64,000 nucleotides of DNA, from positions 183,799-247,798 of the IMG/VR virus record IMGVR_UViG_3300031994_000001; one strand, written 5' to 3'. The notes under the pieces are model-generated. The model was not told the DNA's origin. It saw nothing but the letters and a program-made list of their open reading frames with translations, and made no database searches. Shown piece after piece: positions 53,291 to 63,131 of the stretch; position 1 is the first letter of the stretch, and the number at the start of each line of letters is the position of its first letter. The position numbers and the translations under genes were made by a program. This stretch comes from a virus. Lineage: Duplodnaviria; Heunggongvirae; Uroviricota; Caudoviricetes.

Positions 53291-54157
53291 ATGGCAAGTA
53301 AAGACAGTTTGGGCGACCGTATGAAAGAGAACTACGAAGCCCGATTCAAGTTTAAGTTATTGAGACGCACACCCGTAATCATCAGAGTTGACGGCAAGGC
53401 GTTCCACAGTTTCACACGCGGGTTCAACAAACCGTTTGACCGTGTTCTGTCAAACGCTATGGACAGAACTATGAAAGCGTTGTGCGAGAATATCCAAGGC
53501 TGCGTGTTCGGATATGTGCAATCGGACGAAATCACACTCGTTCTGAACGACTACTCGAAACTCACAAGTTGCGCTTGGTTCGACAACGAGGTTCAGAAAA
53601 TGTGCAGCGTTTCCGCTTCTATGACTACTTCTTATTTCAACAGAGCGTTTGCCGATGAGGTTGCCAAGTTCAAAGACCTTAAAGACCTTGTGTCCAGACT
53701 GTTGAATAATCCGTCAGTTGATGTTGATTCCGTACTCAAAACCGAATACTACATTGACGATTACAGCAAGGCGGTTAAACTGTATGAAGCATACTCGAAT
53801 AAACTGCATACCGCTATGTTCGATTCGAGATGCTTCAACATTCCCGTTGAGGAAGTCACCAACTGTGTCCTTTGGAGACAGCAGGATGCCACCCGCAACA
53901 GTATCGAAATGGTCGGCAGAAACTACTTCAACAGCAGCGAACTGTACGGCAAGAACACGAGCAATATCCAAGATATGCTAATGGAAAAACACAGCGTGAA
54001 TTGGAACGACTTTCCCGTGAGATACAAACGCGGCTGCGCCTGCTTCAAACGCGAGACAGACAACGGCAGAACCGAGTGGTTTGTTGACTACGATATGCCA
54101 ATCATCTCAAAGGACAGAGACTACATTGAGAAATTCATTTTAACAAACAACAATTAA
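53291..54157 (+). CDS. thg1: tRNA(His) guanylyltransferase / Thg1-like 3'-5' polymerase
   Basis: GDRMK.NYE, RVDGKAFHSFT, YVQSDEI, FDSR, WRQQDA.RNS. Confidence 0.93.
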   Translation: MASKDSLGDRMKENYEARFKFKLLRRTPVIIRVDGKAFHSFTRGFNKPFDRVLSNAMDRTMKALCENIQGCVFGYVQSDEITLVLNDYSKLTSCAWFDNEVQKMCSVSASMTTSYFNRAFADEVAKFKDLKDLVSRLLNNPSVDVDSVLKTEYYIDDYSKAVKLYEAYSNKLHTAMFDSRCFNIPVEEVTNCVLWRQQDATRNSIEMVGRNYFNSSELYGKNTSNIQDMLMEKHSVNWNDFPVRYKRGCACFKRETDNGRTEWFVDYDMPIISKDRDYIEKFILTNNN

Positions 54158-54185
54158 ATTCATTAACAATCAAAAATTAAAAGTT

Positions 54186-54626
54186 ATGCTTACAATTATT
54201 TTAATGGTTCTTGCTGCGGCAGGATGTATCGTATGGGCTGTAAAGTCCGATTGGGACATTGAAGAAGTTGCCATTGCTTTGGCAATCGTAATGTGCATCT
54301 GTGTTGTTGTCACACTTCTCACACTTTGCAACCGAGGCAAACGCTTCGATTACACAATTGAGAAATACAACAACATCAAAGCGCAGGTTGAGGATTACAA
54401 CTCGCTTCCCGACAGTGCCAAACTCATTTCCCTCGAATATGACATCAGAGAGGACGTTTTGGATATGAACAACACAATCTCCAAGCACGAGGTTATGCAC
54501 GAAAGCATTTGGAAAGGATTGTGGTACAGCGAGGAAGTTGGAAACCTGCCAAAACTGCACATCATCGGCAAGAATGAAAATGAACTGCCGCAGGCTACCG
54601 AATTACCAACCGACCAAAACCAATAA
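54186..54626 (+). CDS. Hypothetical membrane protein (2 TM)
   Basis: Two N-terminal hydrophobic helices. Confidence 0.7.
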   Translation: MLTIILMVLAAAGCIVWAVKSDWDIEEVAIALAIVMCICVVVTLLTLCNRGKRFDYTIEKYNNIKAQVEDYNSLPDSAKLISLEYDIREDVLDMNNTISKHEVMHESIWKGLWYSEEVGNLPKLHIIGKNENELPQATELPTDQNQ

Positions 54627-54629
54627 GGT

Positions 54630-54929
54630 ATGAAGATTGACTTTGAAATGTGTCCGCAGCCTATGCCGATGAATTTTGATACTGTCAAATTCCTCGCCAA
54701 GAAAGGCAGTATGCACTTTGTGATTCTGCGAAAGACGGAAACCCGATACAGCGCAAAGACTTACAGAGACGAAAAAGTTGTCACGGAAAAAATCGGAACA
54801 TTGGACATACATCCGAATATCACCATATTGGAACACGATGTTTTCTATGACACAAGGTATCGTGACACGGAACTCCTTGGCTACTGCCCCATTGAGTTCC
54901 CAAGTCAATACAAAAACATTAACATTTAA
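54630..54929 (+). CDS. Hypothetical protein
   Basis: Co-oriented ORF. Confidence 0.65.
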   Translation: MKIDFEMCPQPMPMNFDTVKFLAKKGSMHFVILRKTETRYSAKTYRDEKVVTEKIGTLDIHPNITILEHDVFYDTRYRDTELLGYCPIEFPSQYKNINI

Positions 54930-54940
54930 TCCAAGCCACT

Positions 54941-55564
54941 ATGTACAGATTGTTTTTAACGGCACTCGGACTTTCGTCACAGCCGACAACGCAGGAAATT
55001 AAAAAAGACACAAGCGACCTGCCGTATCAACTGAAGGAAGTGGTGTTCACGGAAAAGGAGAAAAAGCGTCTCAATATCAACGACCGAGAGACCTATTACC
55101 GAATCACCAAAAACGGCAAGGTTGTGAACAATGCCATATTCCGCCAAGGCGCGTTCTCGTCAGACATAATTGACTTGAACACGAAACGCTATGTCGAACT
55201 GCTCACCTATGACGAGGAAAGATACAGCGACTACGTTATCAAGGAATGCAAACTGAAAAGCCCCTACTGTCTCAAAAGCCACAACTGCGTCTTCGATATG
55301 GAGACTCACGAGATAGTCTTCAAGACAAAGGACTTTATGAAAGACTACATTTTCATTTACGACAATCTGTGCGTGAACAACATTCGTGACGGCATTTGGT
55401 TTCTTACAGAAAGACGGTGGATTTTGGGCGATGCCAAATTGGAGAAATACATTGAAACAGACAAATACATTTTCGCCCACACAAACAAGTACGATTCGGG
55501 AAAGGTTGTCGTGTACCGAGTTGACAGAATTACGGGCGAGGTCATAAACTGCAACGAGATATGA
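54941..55564 (+). CDS. Hypothetical protein
   Basis: Co-oriented ORF. Confidence 0.7.
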   Translation: MYRLFLTALGLSSQPTTQEIKKDTSDLPYQLKEVVFTEKEKKRLNINDRETYYRITKNGKVVNNAIFRQGAFSSDIIDLNTKRYVELLTYDEERYSDYVIKECKLKSPYCLKSHNCVFDMETHEIVFKTKDFMKDYIFIYDNLCVNNIRDGIWFLTERRWILGDAKLEKYIETDKYIFAHTNKYDSGKVVVYRVDRITGEVINCNEI

Positions 55565-56049
55565 AAATCACATCAATCAAAAAAACAAAACACATCACCC
55601 CGCTCGGCGGCAGCGGCACGGGCTATTCAGAACCCGATGTGTTCAAGGTGTGCTGCGATGACGGCACTACCCGTGAAATAACCATTGACATTTGGTACAA
55701 GACCGCCGATTCAGTAAAGCGGGAGTTTGAGACCGAATTGCAAAAGGCATTCGGCGACACCTGCAAGAACCCTATGGAGGCATTCGGTATGTACTCCAAG
55801 GAAGTCGCCAACACAAGTTGCCCGTATTCCGTTGACGAACTTATGCGGAACGGCTTGGTCGGTTGCCCCGTTGACGACAGCGACAAATCGAAATCCATTG
55901 CAGATGACCCCTGCGAATACTGTTCGCTTATGTCTATGGCGGAGTGGAAAAACAAAACATTCGCCGACTTCCTGCGCGGGCTTCTGTTCGTATCGAACCA
56001 CACCATACTGCACGAGATTATCAACAACAAAATCCAAGAACTTGACTGA
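55561..56049 (+). CDS. Hypothetical protein with Cys motifs
   Basis: ATGA overlap; CPY..., CP..., CEYC. Confidence 0.65.
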   Translation: MKITSIKKTKHITPLGGSGTGYSEPDVFKVCCDDGTTREITIDIWYKTADSVKREFETELQKAFGDTCKNPMEAFGMYSKEVANTSCPYSVDELMRNGLVGCPVDDSDKSKSIADDPCEYCSLMSMAEWKNKTFADFLRGLLFVSNHTILHEIINNKIQELD

Positions 56050-56594
56050 TGAGTTACAAACCCGTTGAACGGTATGTTTCATACGAAACCGCCGCGCTGA
56101 TGAAGTCGCTTGGTTTCTATGTGAATTGGTGCAACCAATGGTACAACAACAAGGAGCAGGACGGGCATCCCGTATCTGTCGGATTCAAAAACTGTGTACC
56201 TGCCGCCACACAGCAGATGGCTATGGAGTGGATTCGCGACATTTACCACATTCACATATACGTTGACTACAACGGCGATATTGGTCAATACTGTTGGGCT
56301 GTCACCGACACGGAAAGCGGTGAGGCGAGACCCTATGACGGTTTGGGCGACACTTATCCCGAAACCGTGGAAAACGCCTTGCAGTACGTTATGAAATATG
56401 TGATTCCGAAAGACATTGAATGGCAAAAGGAACACGGGCAGCAAAACGACCAAGCGATACATCACGACCTGCTTCACAAATTCAATGAAGAGCATTGCGA
56501 GTTCTGTGGCACGCAACGCTGTATTGGTTGCTTCGATGAGGTTTGGCGCGAGGGCTGTGAAAAATTCAAAGAATTTATAAAGAATAACAAATAA
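56049..56594 (+). CDS. APT-WLR family protein with C-terminal Cys cluster
   Basis: VSYETAALMKSLGF, AATQQMAMEWIRD; HCEFCGTQRC..C...C tail. Confidence 0.7.
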   Translation: MSYKPVERYVSYETAALMKSLGFYVNWCNQWYNNKEQDGHPVSVGFKNCVPAATQQMAMEWIRDIYHIHIYVDYNGDIGQYCWAVTDTESGEARPYDGLGDTYPETVENALQYVMKYVIPKDIEWQKEHGQQNDQAIHHDLLHKFNEEHCEFCGTQRCIGCFDEVWREGCEKFKEFIKNNK

Positions 56595-56604
56595 ACAGAA
56601 AGTT

Positions 56605-57423
56605 ATGGAAGTAAAAGACGAAAAAGAAATCACTCCGAGTCAATATTTTGACTATATCAAGGAGGCAAAGAACACCATTACGACAGATGCGTTGAAAAAC
56701 TCATTCGAGATTTTCATCAAACTTGCCGAAAAATACAACAAACTCGGTCAGAAGGAATCGTTGAAGAAACTCTGTTTTCTCGCTGACACCCTCAAAAAAG
56801 AGGAACAACTTATTGAAATGGGAATCACCACCTATGTCTATAAGAGCGTGGTTGAGGACTATATCGAACACGTTGCCGACAAGACCGTCAAGATTGTCGA
56901 ACTTTCGAGATATATGCGGGAAATCCCAGACGAACTTGTGGAGACGGTGGAAAAAACGAAACCGCTGTTTGACGAATTCTATGTTCTGTTCACCGATTAC
57001 ACGGGCAAAGAAGAGCGCACCGTGGAGAAAGAACGCAGGGACAAAGACCCGATTCTGTTCGGCGTGTTCAAGAACCAATCCAATGTAGCCGACCGTTTCT
57101 ATTTCCTCGGCGATTGGATTGACGAGTTCTGTGACTTGACCCTTGACAAAATGATTGAGACCTACTCGGCATACACCAAAGAGAAAAACGGCAAGGCGAT
57201 TGACCCGACAGTCACCACAATAATCCCGCAGAGCAGCGATGAACTTATCGCCATTCTCAAGTCATACCACATTGAAGAGGACAAGAACAGCCATATCAAG
57301 TTGAGTGTTGCAAGCGGTGAAGCATTCGATACCACGCTGCCGTATTACAAGAAAACCGAAACCACCGATAAAACCAACGGCGGATTCTTCGACAAGGTTC
57401 GTTCAATCTTCAAGAAGCAATGA
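56605..57423 (+). CDS. Hypothetical protein
   Basis: Long ORF with strong codon bias; DPILFG motif. Confidence 0.75.
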   Translation: MEVKDEKEITPSQYFDYIKEAKNTITTDALKNSFEIFIKLAEKYNKLGQKESLKKLCFLADTLKKEEQLIEMGITTYVYKSVVEDYIEHVADKTVKIVELSRYMREIPDELVETVEKTKPLFDEFYVLFTDYTGKEERTVEKERRDKDPILFGVFKNQSNVADRFYFLGDWIDEFCDLTLDKMIETYSAYTKEKNGKAIDPTVTTIIPQSSDELIAILKSYHIEEDKNSHIKLSVASGEAFDTTLPYYKKTETTDKTNGGFFDKVRSIFKKQ

Positions 57424-57842
57424 CACCTAAAACCGACCTAACGGAAAACCGAGAGTTCAGCAGGATTCCGCAGCGCACATTCGTCTATGATGTCGTATCG
57501 TCTGAAGAATTGGGTGAAATGCTCAATATGACAAACGAAAAGTACGACCGCATACACGGGTGGGAGAGAATCTTCGGAAAGAAGTATCACACATCTGAAA
57601 GATACCGAATTTTCAATGATGAAGAGCAGTATATGTGCGATATGAAAACGCATTGCCTGCGCTGCGGGGTTGTCTTGCGGATTCCTTGGCGGAACAATGA
57701 CGGATTGTGTGTCGAATGCGCCCGCGACTTGGATGGGGATTTTAACAAGTTCCCGTGGCGTAACCTAAAGATTCAGCCTTGGGAAAACCCCGTTTCCGAG
57801 GAGGATGAGCGTACAAAAATGGATTTGTTCGGATTACGGTAA
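57420..57842 (+). CDS. Hypothetical protein with Zn ribbon
   Basis: HCLRCG...CVEC. Confidence 0.65.
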   Translation: MTPKTDLTENREFSRIPQRTFVYDVVSSEELGEMLNMTNEKYDRIHGWERIFGKKYHTSERYRIFNDEEQYMCDMKTHCLRCGVVLRIPWRNNDGLCVECARDLDGDFNKFPWRNLKIQPWENPVSEEDERTKMDLFGLR

Positions 57843-57898
57843 ATTTGATTTCGTCATTTGCGACTTTTTTATTATATTATGGTATAAGCAGTACAGTT

Positions 57899-58381
57899 AT
57901 GAACAATACCGAACACTATGTCAGTTACGATTTCGCCGAGTTCTTGGAAAGCATTGGCTATGACGGTGAATATCACGCATTGTACGCGAAAGGCGATGTG
58001 GAGGAGGGTTTGTACAGTCAAGGAAAACAGCAGATTATGAAGTTCAAGCGTGAGAAAGGCTACTTCTTTGCTGTTGACCAAATGTACCTCCACGAACTGA
58101 AACCGCAGAAAAACCTGCTCAAAGCACCGACATTGGAATCCGTGATGAATTGGCTTCGTGAAAAATACGACATATTGGTAAGCGTATGCATCGTTGACTC
58201 GAACACGGTCTATATGGGAGGCGAATACTACTACTGCCGAATATTCAAGAACAGAAGCGAAGAGCGCAAGTTCAGATACAATTTGGAGAAATTCGTCACA
58301 TACGAGGAAGCCGTGAATTATGCGCTCGAATACATATTCGTTAATTTTGAAATACTTTCACACATAGACAATGAATTATAG
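57899..58381 (+). CDS. APT-WLR family protein
   Basis: VSYDFAEFLESIGY, APTLESVMNWLRE, TYEEAVNYA; follows the promoter motif at 57866-57878. Confidence 0.7.
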   Translation: MNNTEHYVSYDFAEFLESIGYDGEYHALYAKGDVEEGLYSQGKQQIMKFKREKGYFFAVDQMYLHELKPQKNLLKAPTLESVMNWLREKYDILVSVCIVDSNTVYMGGEYYYCRIFKNRSEERKFRYNLEKFVTYEEAVNYALEYIFVNFEILSHIDNEL

Positions 58382-58700
58382 AACAAAGGAAATAATGGAA
58401 TGGGTAATCCCAGGCGTGTTCGTGTTTTTGATTCTGACGAGCGTGTTCGGTTACATCGGTGCAAAAAATCTCAACGCTACCCGAAAGGCGAACAACATTG
58501 AAGTCGGCGACACGTTCAAGGTTGAATATGTAACCGACAATCCGTATGAGGATAGTTTCATATTCGGCGGCAGGATTATAGACAAGAAAGGCAACTACAT
58601 ACTCTATGTCACCTCAAAAGGCGACACCTGCACCACCAACATACGCGACCCCTACACGTTGCCGAAATTTTTCAAAGTGACAGTTTACAAAAACAAATAG
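58371..58700 (+). CDS. Hypothetical membrane protein
   Basis: N-terminal TM. Confidence 0.65.
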   Translation: MNYRTKEIMEWVIPGVFVFLILTSVFGYIGAKNLNATRKANNIEVGDTFKVEYVTDNPYEDSFIFGGRIIDKKGNYILYVTSKGDTCTTNIRDPYTLPKFFKVTVYKNK

Positions 58701-58702
58701 TT

Positions 58703-59380
58703 ATGAGCAAATCAGAAATTACAATCAGAAGAAAAAGTGACGGCAAGGTTCTGAAAGACATAATCAACGATTCCTGCCAAGTCCACAATATCTATGACGG
58801 TGACACGCTTGTCGCATCGGAAAAAGACAGCGCAATCGGCTACATTGAAGGCAGCGGATTCTGTGATTGGTCTGACTACGAGGAAATAGGGCGGAAGAAT
58901 GATGCCCAAAAATTTTTCGAGAGTTTGGAGAATGTGTCGGAATACAACAAGAACCTTTTGGTCGCCGACTTGGGTATAAGGATTCCGTACAATGTCGTGT
59001 GCCATATTTCACAACACGTAAACGGAGGCGACTTGGAAACTGACGACATATTGAGGGCTGTTTACAAAGAAGGCGTTTGCGAGTTCGACCAAGCCATAGG
59101 ATTCGACCTTGGTGACTTCAATGTCGAAACGGATGTGCGCCCGTACTTGCGTCCTATGAGTTCTATGACAGAGAGCGAATACAAACAAATGAAGGAAGAG
59201 ACAGTCCATAACGATTTATACGGCAGCATTTTCAAATACGATTTGGCTGCATACCAAATCGCCGCACAAATCAAATGGCTCGCTATGCGGCATTTCGATT
59301 TCAACGACCTTATCGGTAGAGGTCTCGCAATAAAAGTGACGGAAGATAACAACCCATACAAAGATGAAAAAGGAAGATAA
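58703..59380 (+). CDS. YLRPM family paralog 1 (with N-terminal extension)
   Basis: VRPYLRPMSSMTE; WL...HFDF..LI.RGLA. Confidence 0.75.
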   Translation: MSKSEITIRRKSDGKVLKDIINDSCQVHNIYDGDTLVASEKDSAIGYIEGSGFCDWSDYEEIGRKNDAQKFFESLENVSEYNKNLLVADLGIRIPYNVVCHISQHVNGGDLETDDILRAVYKEGVCEFDQAIGFDLGDFNVETDVRPYLRPMSSMTESEYKQMKEETVHNDLYGSIFKYDLAAYQIAAQIKWLAMRHFDFNDLIGRGLAIKVTEDNNPYKDEKGR

Positions 59381-59780
59381 GTTGGAATTGCACAAGGCTC
59401 TTGCGAGCGGTCTCCCGCACGGTCTGAAGGTCGAATACAACGGCGACTTATATGACTTATATATGTTGGGTGTGGAAAACGCCGTAACGCTGAAGCCGTT
59501 TATGTCAAATCTCGAATCGCATCCGATTGAAACTGTCAAACCATACCTGCGCCCATTTTCTGATTTGACTGACAAAGAGAAGAAAACCATTGACGAAATG
59601 ACATACGGTGCAGGTATGGTGGGCAGAAAAAAGAGTGTCGAATGGTACAGCAACGCCATACATTTCCTTGACAAAATACACGTTGACTACCGTGGTCTCA
59701 TAAAGAAAGGACTTGCGGTTGAAGCACCAAAAGATATGTACCCCAAAAACACAGAAGATTATGGAAGTGACAATAATTAA
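59364..59780 (+). CDS. YLRPM family paralog 2
   Basis: VKPYLRPFSDLT; HVDYRGLIKKGLAVEAP. Confidence 0.75.
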   Translation: MKKEDKLELHKALASGLPHGLKVEYNGDLYDLYMLGVENAVTLKPFMSNLESHPIETVKPYLRPFSDLTDKEKKTIDEMTYGAGMVGRKKSVEWYSNAIHFLDKIHVDYRGLIKKGLAVEAPKDMYPKNTEDYGSDNN

Positions 59781-59973
59781 AAAACTGTTTCTGACAGTTG
59801 ACCTTGACATTCCCGAAAACGAAATCACCAAGGAGCGTGTTTCGGATGAAATCAAGAAAGTGATTGACGAACACGATGACCTCGAATGTTGGGACACCCA
59901 AGATTGGACGGGCAACGAGCGTTACGAGGCTTATGAAACCTACGGCGGAACTAATATTGAACTGAATTTCTGA
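59761..59973 (+). CDS. Small hypothetical protein
   Basis: Acidic ORF with overlapping junctions on both sides. Confidence 0.6.
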   Translation: MEVTIIKKLFLTVDLDIPENEITKERVSDEIKKVIDEHDDLECWDTQDWTGNERYEAYETYGGTNIELNF

Positions 59974-60293
59974 TGGAGATAAAGTGCAAAGAGGAACGGG
60001 AGATTTCCGAGGCTATCGTAGCCGCCCGAAAGATGCAGGAAGTTCTGTGGGGCGAATACAACGGCAAGTGGAACATTGAGGAATGGCGGCGTATGTTCAG
60101 AAAACGCATACAGAAGATTGACGACATAGACCCCACCAACCCGCACGCAAAAGTTGAAATGCGCAAACGCTTTATACAGAACGCCGCGCTTTCAATAGCC
60201 CTGCTCCACATAATCAACGAAAGCGGCATACCGACAGCGGAATGTAACATACCGAGTAACCTGCCGCAATACAGCGAACCTATAAAAAGTTAA
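59973..60293 (+). CDS. All-alpha hypothetical protein, possibly MazG-like
   Basis: Helical; IQNAALSIALL ending loosely resembles NTP pyrophosphohydrolase folds. Confidence 0.45.
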   Translation: MEIKCKEEREISEAIVAARKMQEVLWGEYNGKWNIEEWRRMFRKRIQKIDDIDPTNPHAKVEMRKRFIQNAALSIALLHIINESGIPTAECNIPSNLPQYSEPIKS

Positions 60294-60295
60294 AA

Positions 60296-60556
60296 ATGAA
60301 AAAGGAAGAAGTATTTGACATTAACGGAAAGAACCCGAAAGTCGGCGACCGAATTGCGTTGGCGGTTGGTTGGACTACGAACAACGCATACCTCAACGTA
60401 TGCGTCATTGACGAAATCATAGAGAAACCGACAACCGTTGTAATGAAGTTATCAATAGAACGGACTGGTCTGTGGAACAAACTCACCGAGGTCACTTGGA
60501 ACAGAAAGAATGTCATCAAGTTCCCTATGTCTCACTGCAAATTCATCATACTATGA
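60296..60556 (+). CDS. Hypothetical protein
   Basis: DINGKNPKVGDRIA motif. Confidence 0.65.
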   Translation: MKKEEVFDINGKNPKVGDRIALAVGWTTNNAYLNVCVIDEIIEKPTTVVMKLSIERTGLWNKLTEVTWNRKNVIKFPMSHCKFIIL

Positions 60557-60882
60557 AAAGAATGGGTGTCATAACTGACGGCAACTGTACGAAATTGGCT
60601 GTTGTGTGCCATAATCTTGACGATGACGGCACATTCGGTCATATCGGAAAAATGTACCAATTCGATGACGTGAAAGCCGTTATAAAGAAAGACTGCTATG
60701 ACGAGGCGGACATTCACTATTTCAGCAAGAACCCCAAAAAGATTTTGGCAGGAACAGAAGTGACGCTTAATGTGTATTGGATTAACTTCTACGGTTCTTA
60801 TTACAGAATAAGCCACGAGGGTCGCACATACGACATTAAAAAAAGTAACGTGTTATTCAAATTAGAAAACAAAAAGCAATGA
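60553..60882 (+). CDS. Hypothetical protein
   Basis: ATGA overlaps on both sides. Confidence 0.65.
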   Translation: MKRMGVITDGNCTKLAVVCHNLDDDGTFGHIGKMYQFDDVKAVIKKDCYDEADIHYFSKNPKKILAGTEVTLNVYWINFYGSYYRISHEGRTYDIKKSNVLFKLENKKQ

Positions 60883-61298
60883 CAGACGAAGAAAGAAACA
60901 TATTGACCGAGGATTTGTTCGGACGGCTCGCACACGAGGTCGTAATCAAGTTGCTGCCCGATGACGATGAGGAATATCTCTTCTCGGCAAGAATCAACGG
61001 CGGCAAGTGGCTGATAAACGATGCCTACTATGTTGACGAGGTGCGCCCGTACCTGCGCCCTATGGAATCAATGTCAATCGAAGAACTGAACGAGTGCGCG
61101 ATTGCTTCGGGTATCCGTGACATACCCTGCCCGAATTGGAAAAATGATGAGCCGACTGAACGGCTGAAACATTCAGCCAACGTGTTCAAGTGCGACAGCA
61201 GGCAGGTTGAATGGTTGAACACTCACCACTTCGACTACCGTGGTCTGATTGAAATTGGGTTGGCACTCGAAGCCCCCGAAGGGATGTATAACATTTAA
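60879..61298 (+). CDS. YLRPM family paralog 3
   Basis: VRPYLRPMESMS; WLNTHHFDYRGLIEIGLALEAPEGMY. Confidence 0.75.
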   Translation: MTDEERNILTEDLFGRLAHEVVIKLLPDDDEEYLFSARINGGKWLINDAYYVDEVRPYLRPMESMSIEELNECAIASGIRDIPCPNWKNDEPTERLKHSANVFKCDSRQVEWLNTHHFDYRGLIEIGLALEAPEGMYNI

Positions 61299-61300
61299 AT

Positions 61301-61861
61301 TTGAATAATATGAAAAAGTTACTTATCGTTGGTGATTATAATGACGCAGATTATGTAAAAGATGTTGTCAATGTTGAAGATTCTGTCTTTGAGAAGTTTT
61401 TTCCGTTTATGAAGGCAATCAATAATTTTGAACCTTATGTTCGCCGTAGTAAGGTTGGCGGTATTTGTGAACGTAATTGGATTAGCACGCGAGAAGAACT
61501 TGGAGAAAAGAACATCTATGAATCTTATCCTCAATTCACTACTGAATATATTGATGAGTTCATTGACATTTTTACAAGCGGTCTATATCCACCTTATGAT
61601 GACTGTGCTTGCCATACCATTATTGAAATTAGTGATGTAGTTACTGATGAAAAATATGTTGACTATGACCCAAGTCGGCAAGCATTTGAGAAGAAATATA
61701 GTCCTAAAGTAAAGGAATATCTTAAAAAAAGAAATGAGATTTATTCTTATAAACGCCCTTCTGATGGGAAACCTTTAAATTGCATTCCTTACACAGAAAT
61801 GAATGATTATGAGAATGAACTTATTCGTAAGTTATATACACTTTGGAAAGATTATCAATAA
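61301..61861 (+). CDS. Hypothetical protein, AT-rich cassette
   Basis: LLIVGDYNDADY start; T-ending codon bias unlike neighbours. Confidence 0.7.
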   Translation: MNNMKKLLIVGDYNDADYVKDVVNVEDSVFEKFFPFMKAINNFEPYVRRSKVGGICERNWISTREELGEKNIYESYPQFTTEYIDEFIDIFTSGLYPPYDDCACHTIIEISDVVTDEKYVDYDPSRQAFEKKYSPKVKEYLKKRNEIYSYKRPSDGKPLNCIPYTEMNDYENELIRKLYTLWKDYQ

Positions 61862-61862
61862 T

Positions 61863-62267
61863 ATGACAGAACAAGAAAAACAATTATTGTTGAAAGACAT
61901 CTGTACAAGATTGCCGTATGACGTTAAAATTGTATTGAATAAAAACGTCTATACTGTTAAAGGAATTGATTTAATCGTTACAGATGAAGGCGATTGGAAA
62001 TATGCTGTTACTGCAAAAGGTATTGCGCCTATTGAAATTGGTTTTGTCAAGCCATATCTGCGCCCGATAGAAAAAATGACGGAAATAGAATGGGAGGAGT
62101 TCACAAACATATACAATTGGTGTCACCCACATTCACGGTATATACTGCCGAAAGTGGGAGACATTGCCGAACCACTTGAATGGTTAAACGAACATCATAT
62201 AGACTATAATGGGCTAATCGAAAAAGGTCTCGCTATCGAAGCCCCCGAAGGAATGTATAATAATTAA
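61863..62267 (+). CDS. YLRPM family paralog 4
   Basis: LLLKDICTRLPY, VKPYLRP, WLNEHHIDYNGLIEKGLAIEAPEGMY. Confidence 0.75.
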   Translation: MTEQEKQLLLKDICTRLPYDVKIVLNKNVYTVKGIDLIVTDEGDWKYAVTAKGIAPIEIGFVKPYLRPIEKMTEIEWEEFTNIYNWCHPHSRYILPKVGDIAEPLEWLNEHHIDYNGLIEKGLAIEAPEGMYNN

Positions 62268-62272
62268 AGATT

Positions 62273-62731
62273 ATGACACAAGAAGAAAAACAACTGTTAT
62301 TGACAGACCTTTGCGCAAGGGCGCGATATAAGGTAAAGATTTGTGTGGCAAAAGGTGTACGCATCAATATTAACGGCAAAATAAAAGAAAAAAATTTGGT
62401 AGATACTGTATATGGAGTAATCTTTTATAACGATGAGCCTAAAATTGTAACTCCGCAAAATTTTTCATATTTGGATAGATATGGTATCTACAATTTTGGT
62501 GGTTGGAGTGTTGAAAGGGTAAAACCTTATCTCCGACCTATGTCAAATATGACAAAGAAGGAGAAGTGTGAATATAGAAATATTGATAGCAGGTCATATT
62601 CTTGTCCGATTGATTATGCACATATTCCTGCTTCGGATAGAATAAATTGGCTCAACGCACACCACTTCGACTACCGTGGATTAATAGAAAAGGGATTGGC
62701 ACTTGAATCGCCAAAAGGTATGTATGAATAA
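62273..62731 (+). CDS. YLRPM family paralog 5
   Basis: LLLTDLCAR, VKPYLRPMSNMT, WLNAHHFDYRGLIEKGLA. Confidence 0.75.
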   Translation: MTQEEKQLLLTDLCARARYKVKICVAKGVRININGKIKEKNLVDTVYGVIFYNDEPKIVTPQNFSYLDRYGIYNFGGWSVERVKPYLRPMSNMTKKEKCEYRNIDSRSYSCPIDYAHIPASDRINWLNAHHFDYRGLIEKGLALESPKGMYE

Positions 62732-62742
62732 ATTCGGAAATT

Positions 62743-63120
62743 ATGACAACTGAAGAAAAAGACATATTGTTCAAAGACCTCTGCGGCAGGTTGCCATACG
62801 GTGTGATATGCGACCTTTGGATGTGCAAAAATCCGAATGAAAAGATTACGGAAGTTCTAAAATTCGGGGGTCTGCGTATGTTTCACGAAGACCACATCAA
62901 TTTTAACATTAAACCGTATCTACGACCGATGAAGTCTATGACCGCAGATGAGGAAAAGGTGTTCCTATCGCTATCAGACCGTCTCGAATACGACAACAAT
63001 ACAGAGAACGTAGTGTTCACCACAAATGCCGTTGATTGGCTCAATGAACATCACTTTGACTACCGTGGACTTATCCATAAGGATTTGGCTAATGCAGCAC
63101 CCGAAGAAATGTACAGTTAA
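62743..63120 (+). CDS. YLRPM family paralog 6
   Basis: LFKDLCGRLPY, IKPYLRPMKSMT, WLNEHHFDYRGLI. Confidence 0.75.
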   Translation: MTTEEKDILFKDLCGRLPYGVICDLWMCKNPNEKITEVLKFGGLRMFHEDHINFNIKPYLRPMKSMTADEEKVFLSLSDRLEYDNNTENVVFTTNAVDWLNEHHFDYRGLIHKDLANAAPEEMYS

Positions 63121-63131
63121 AAAATGTTATT

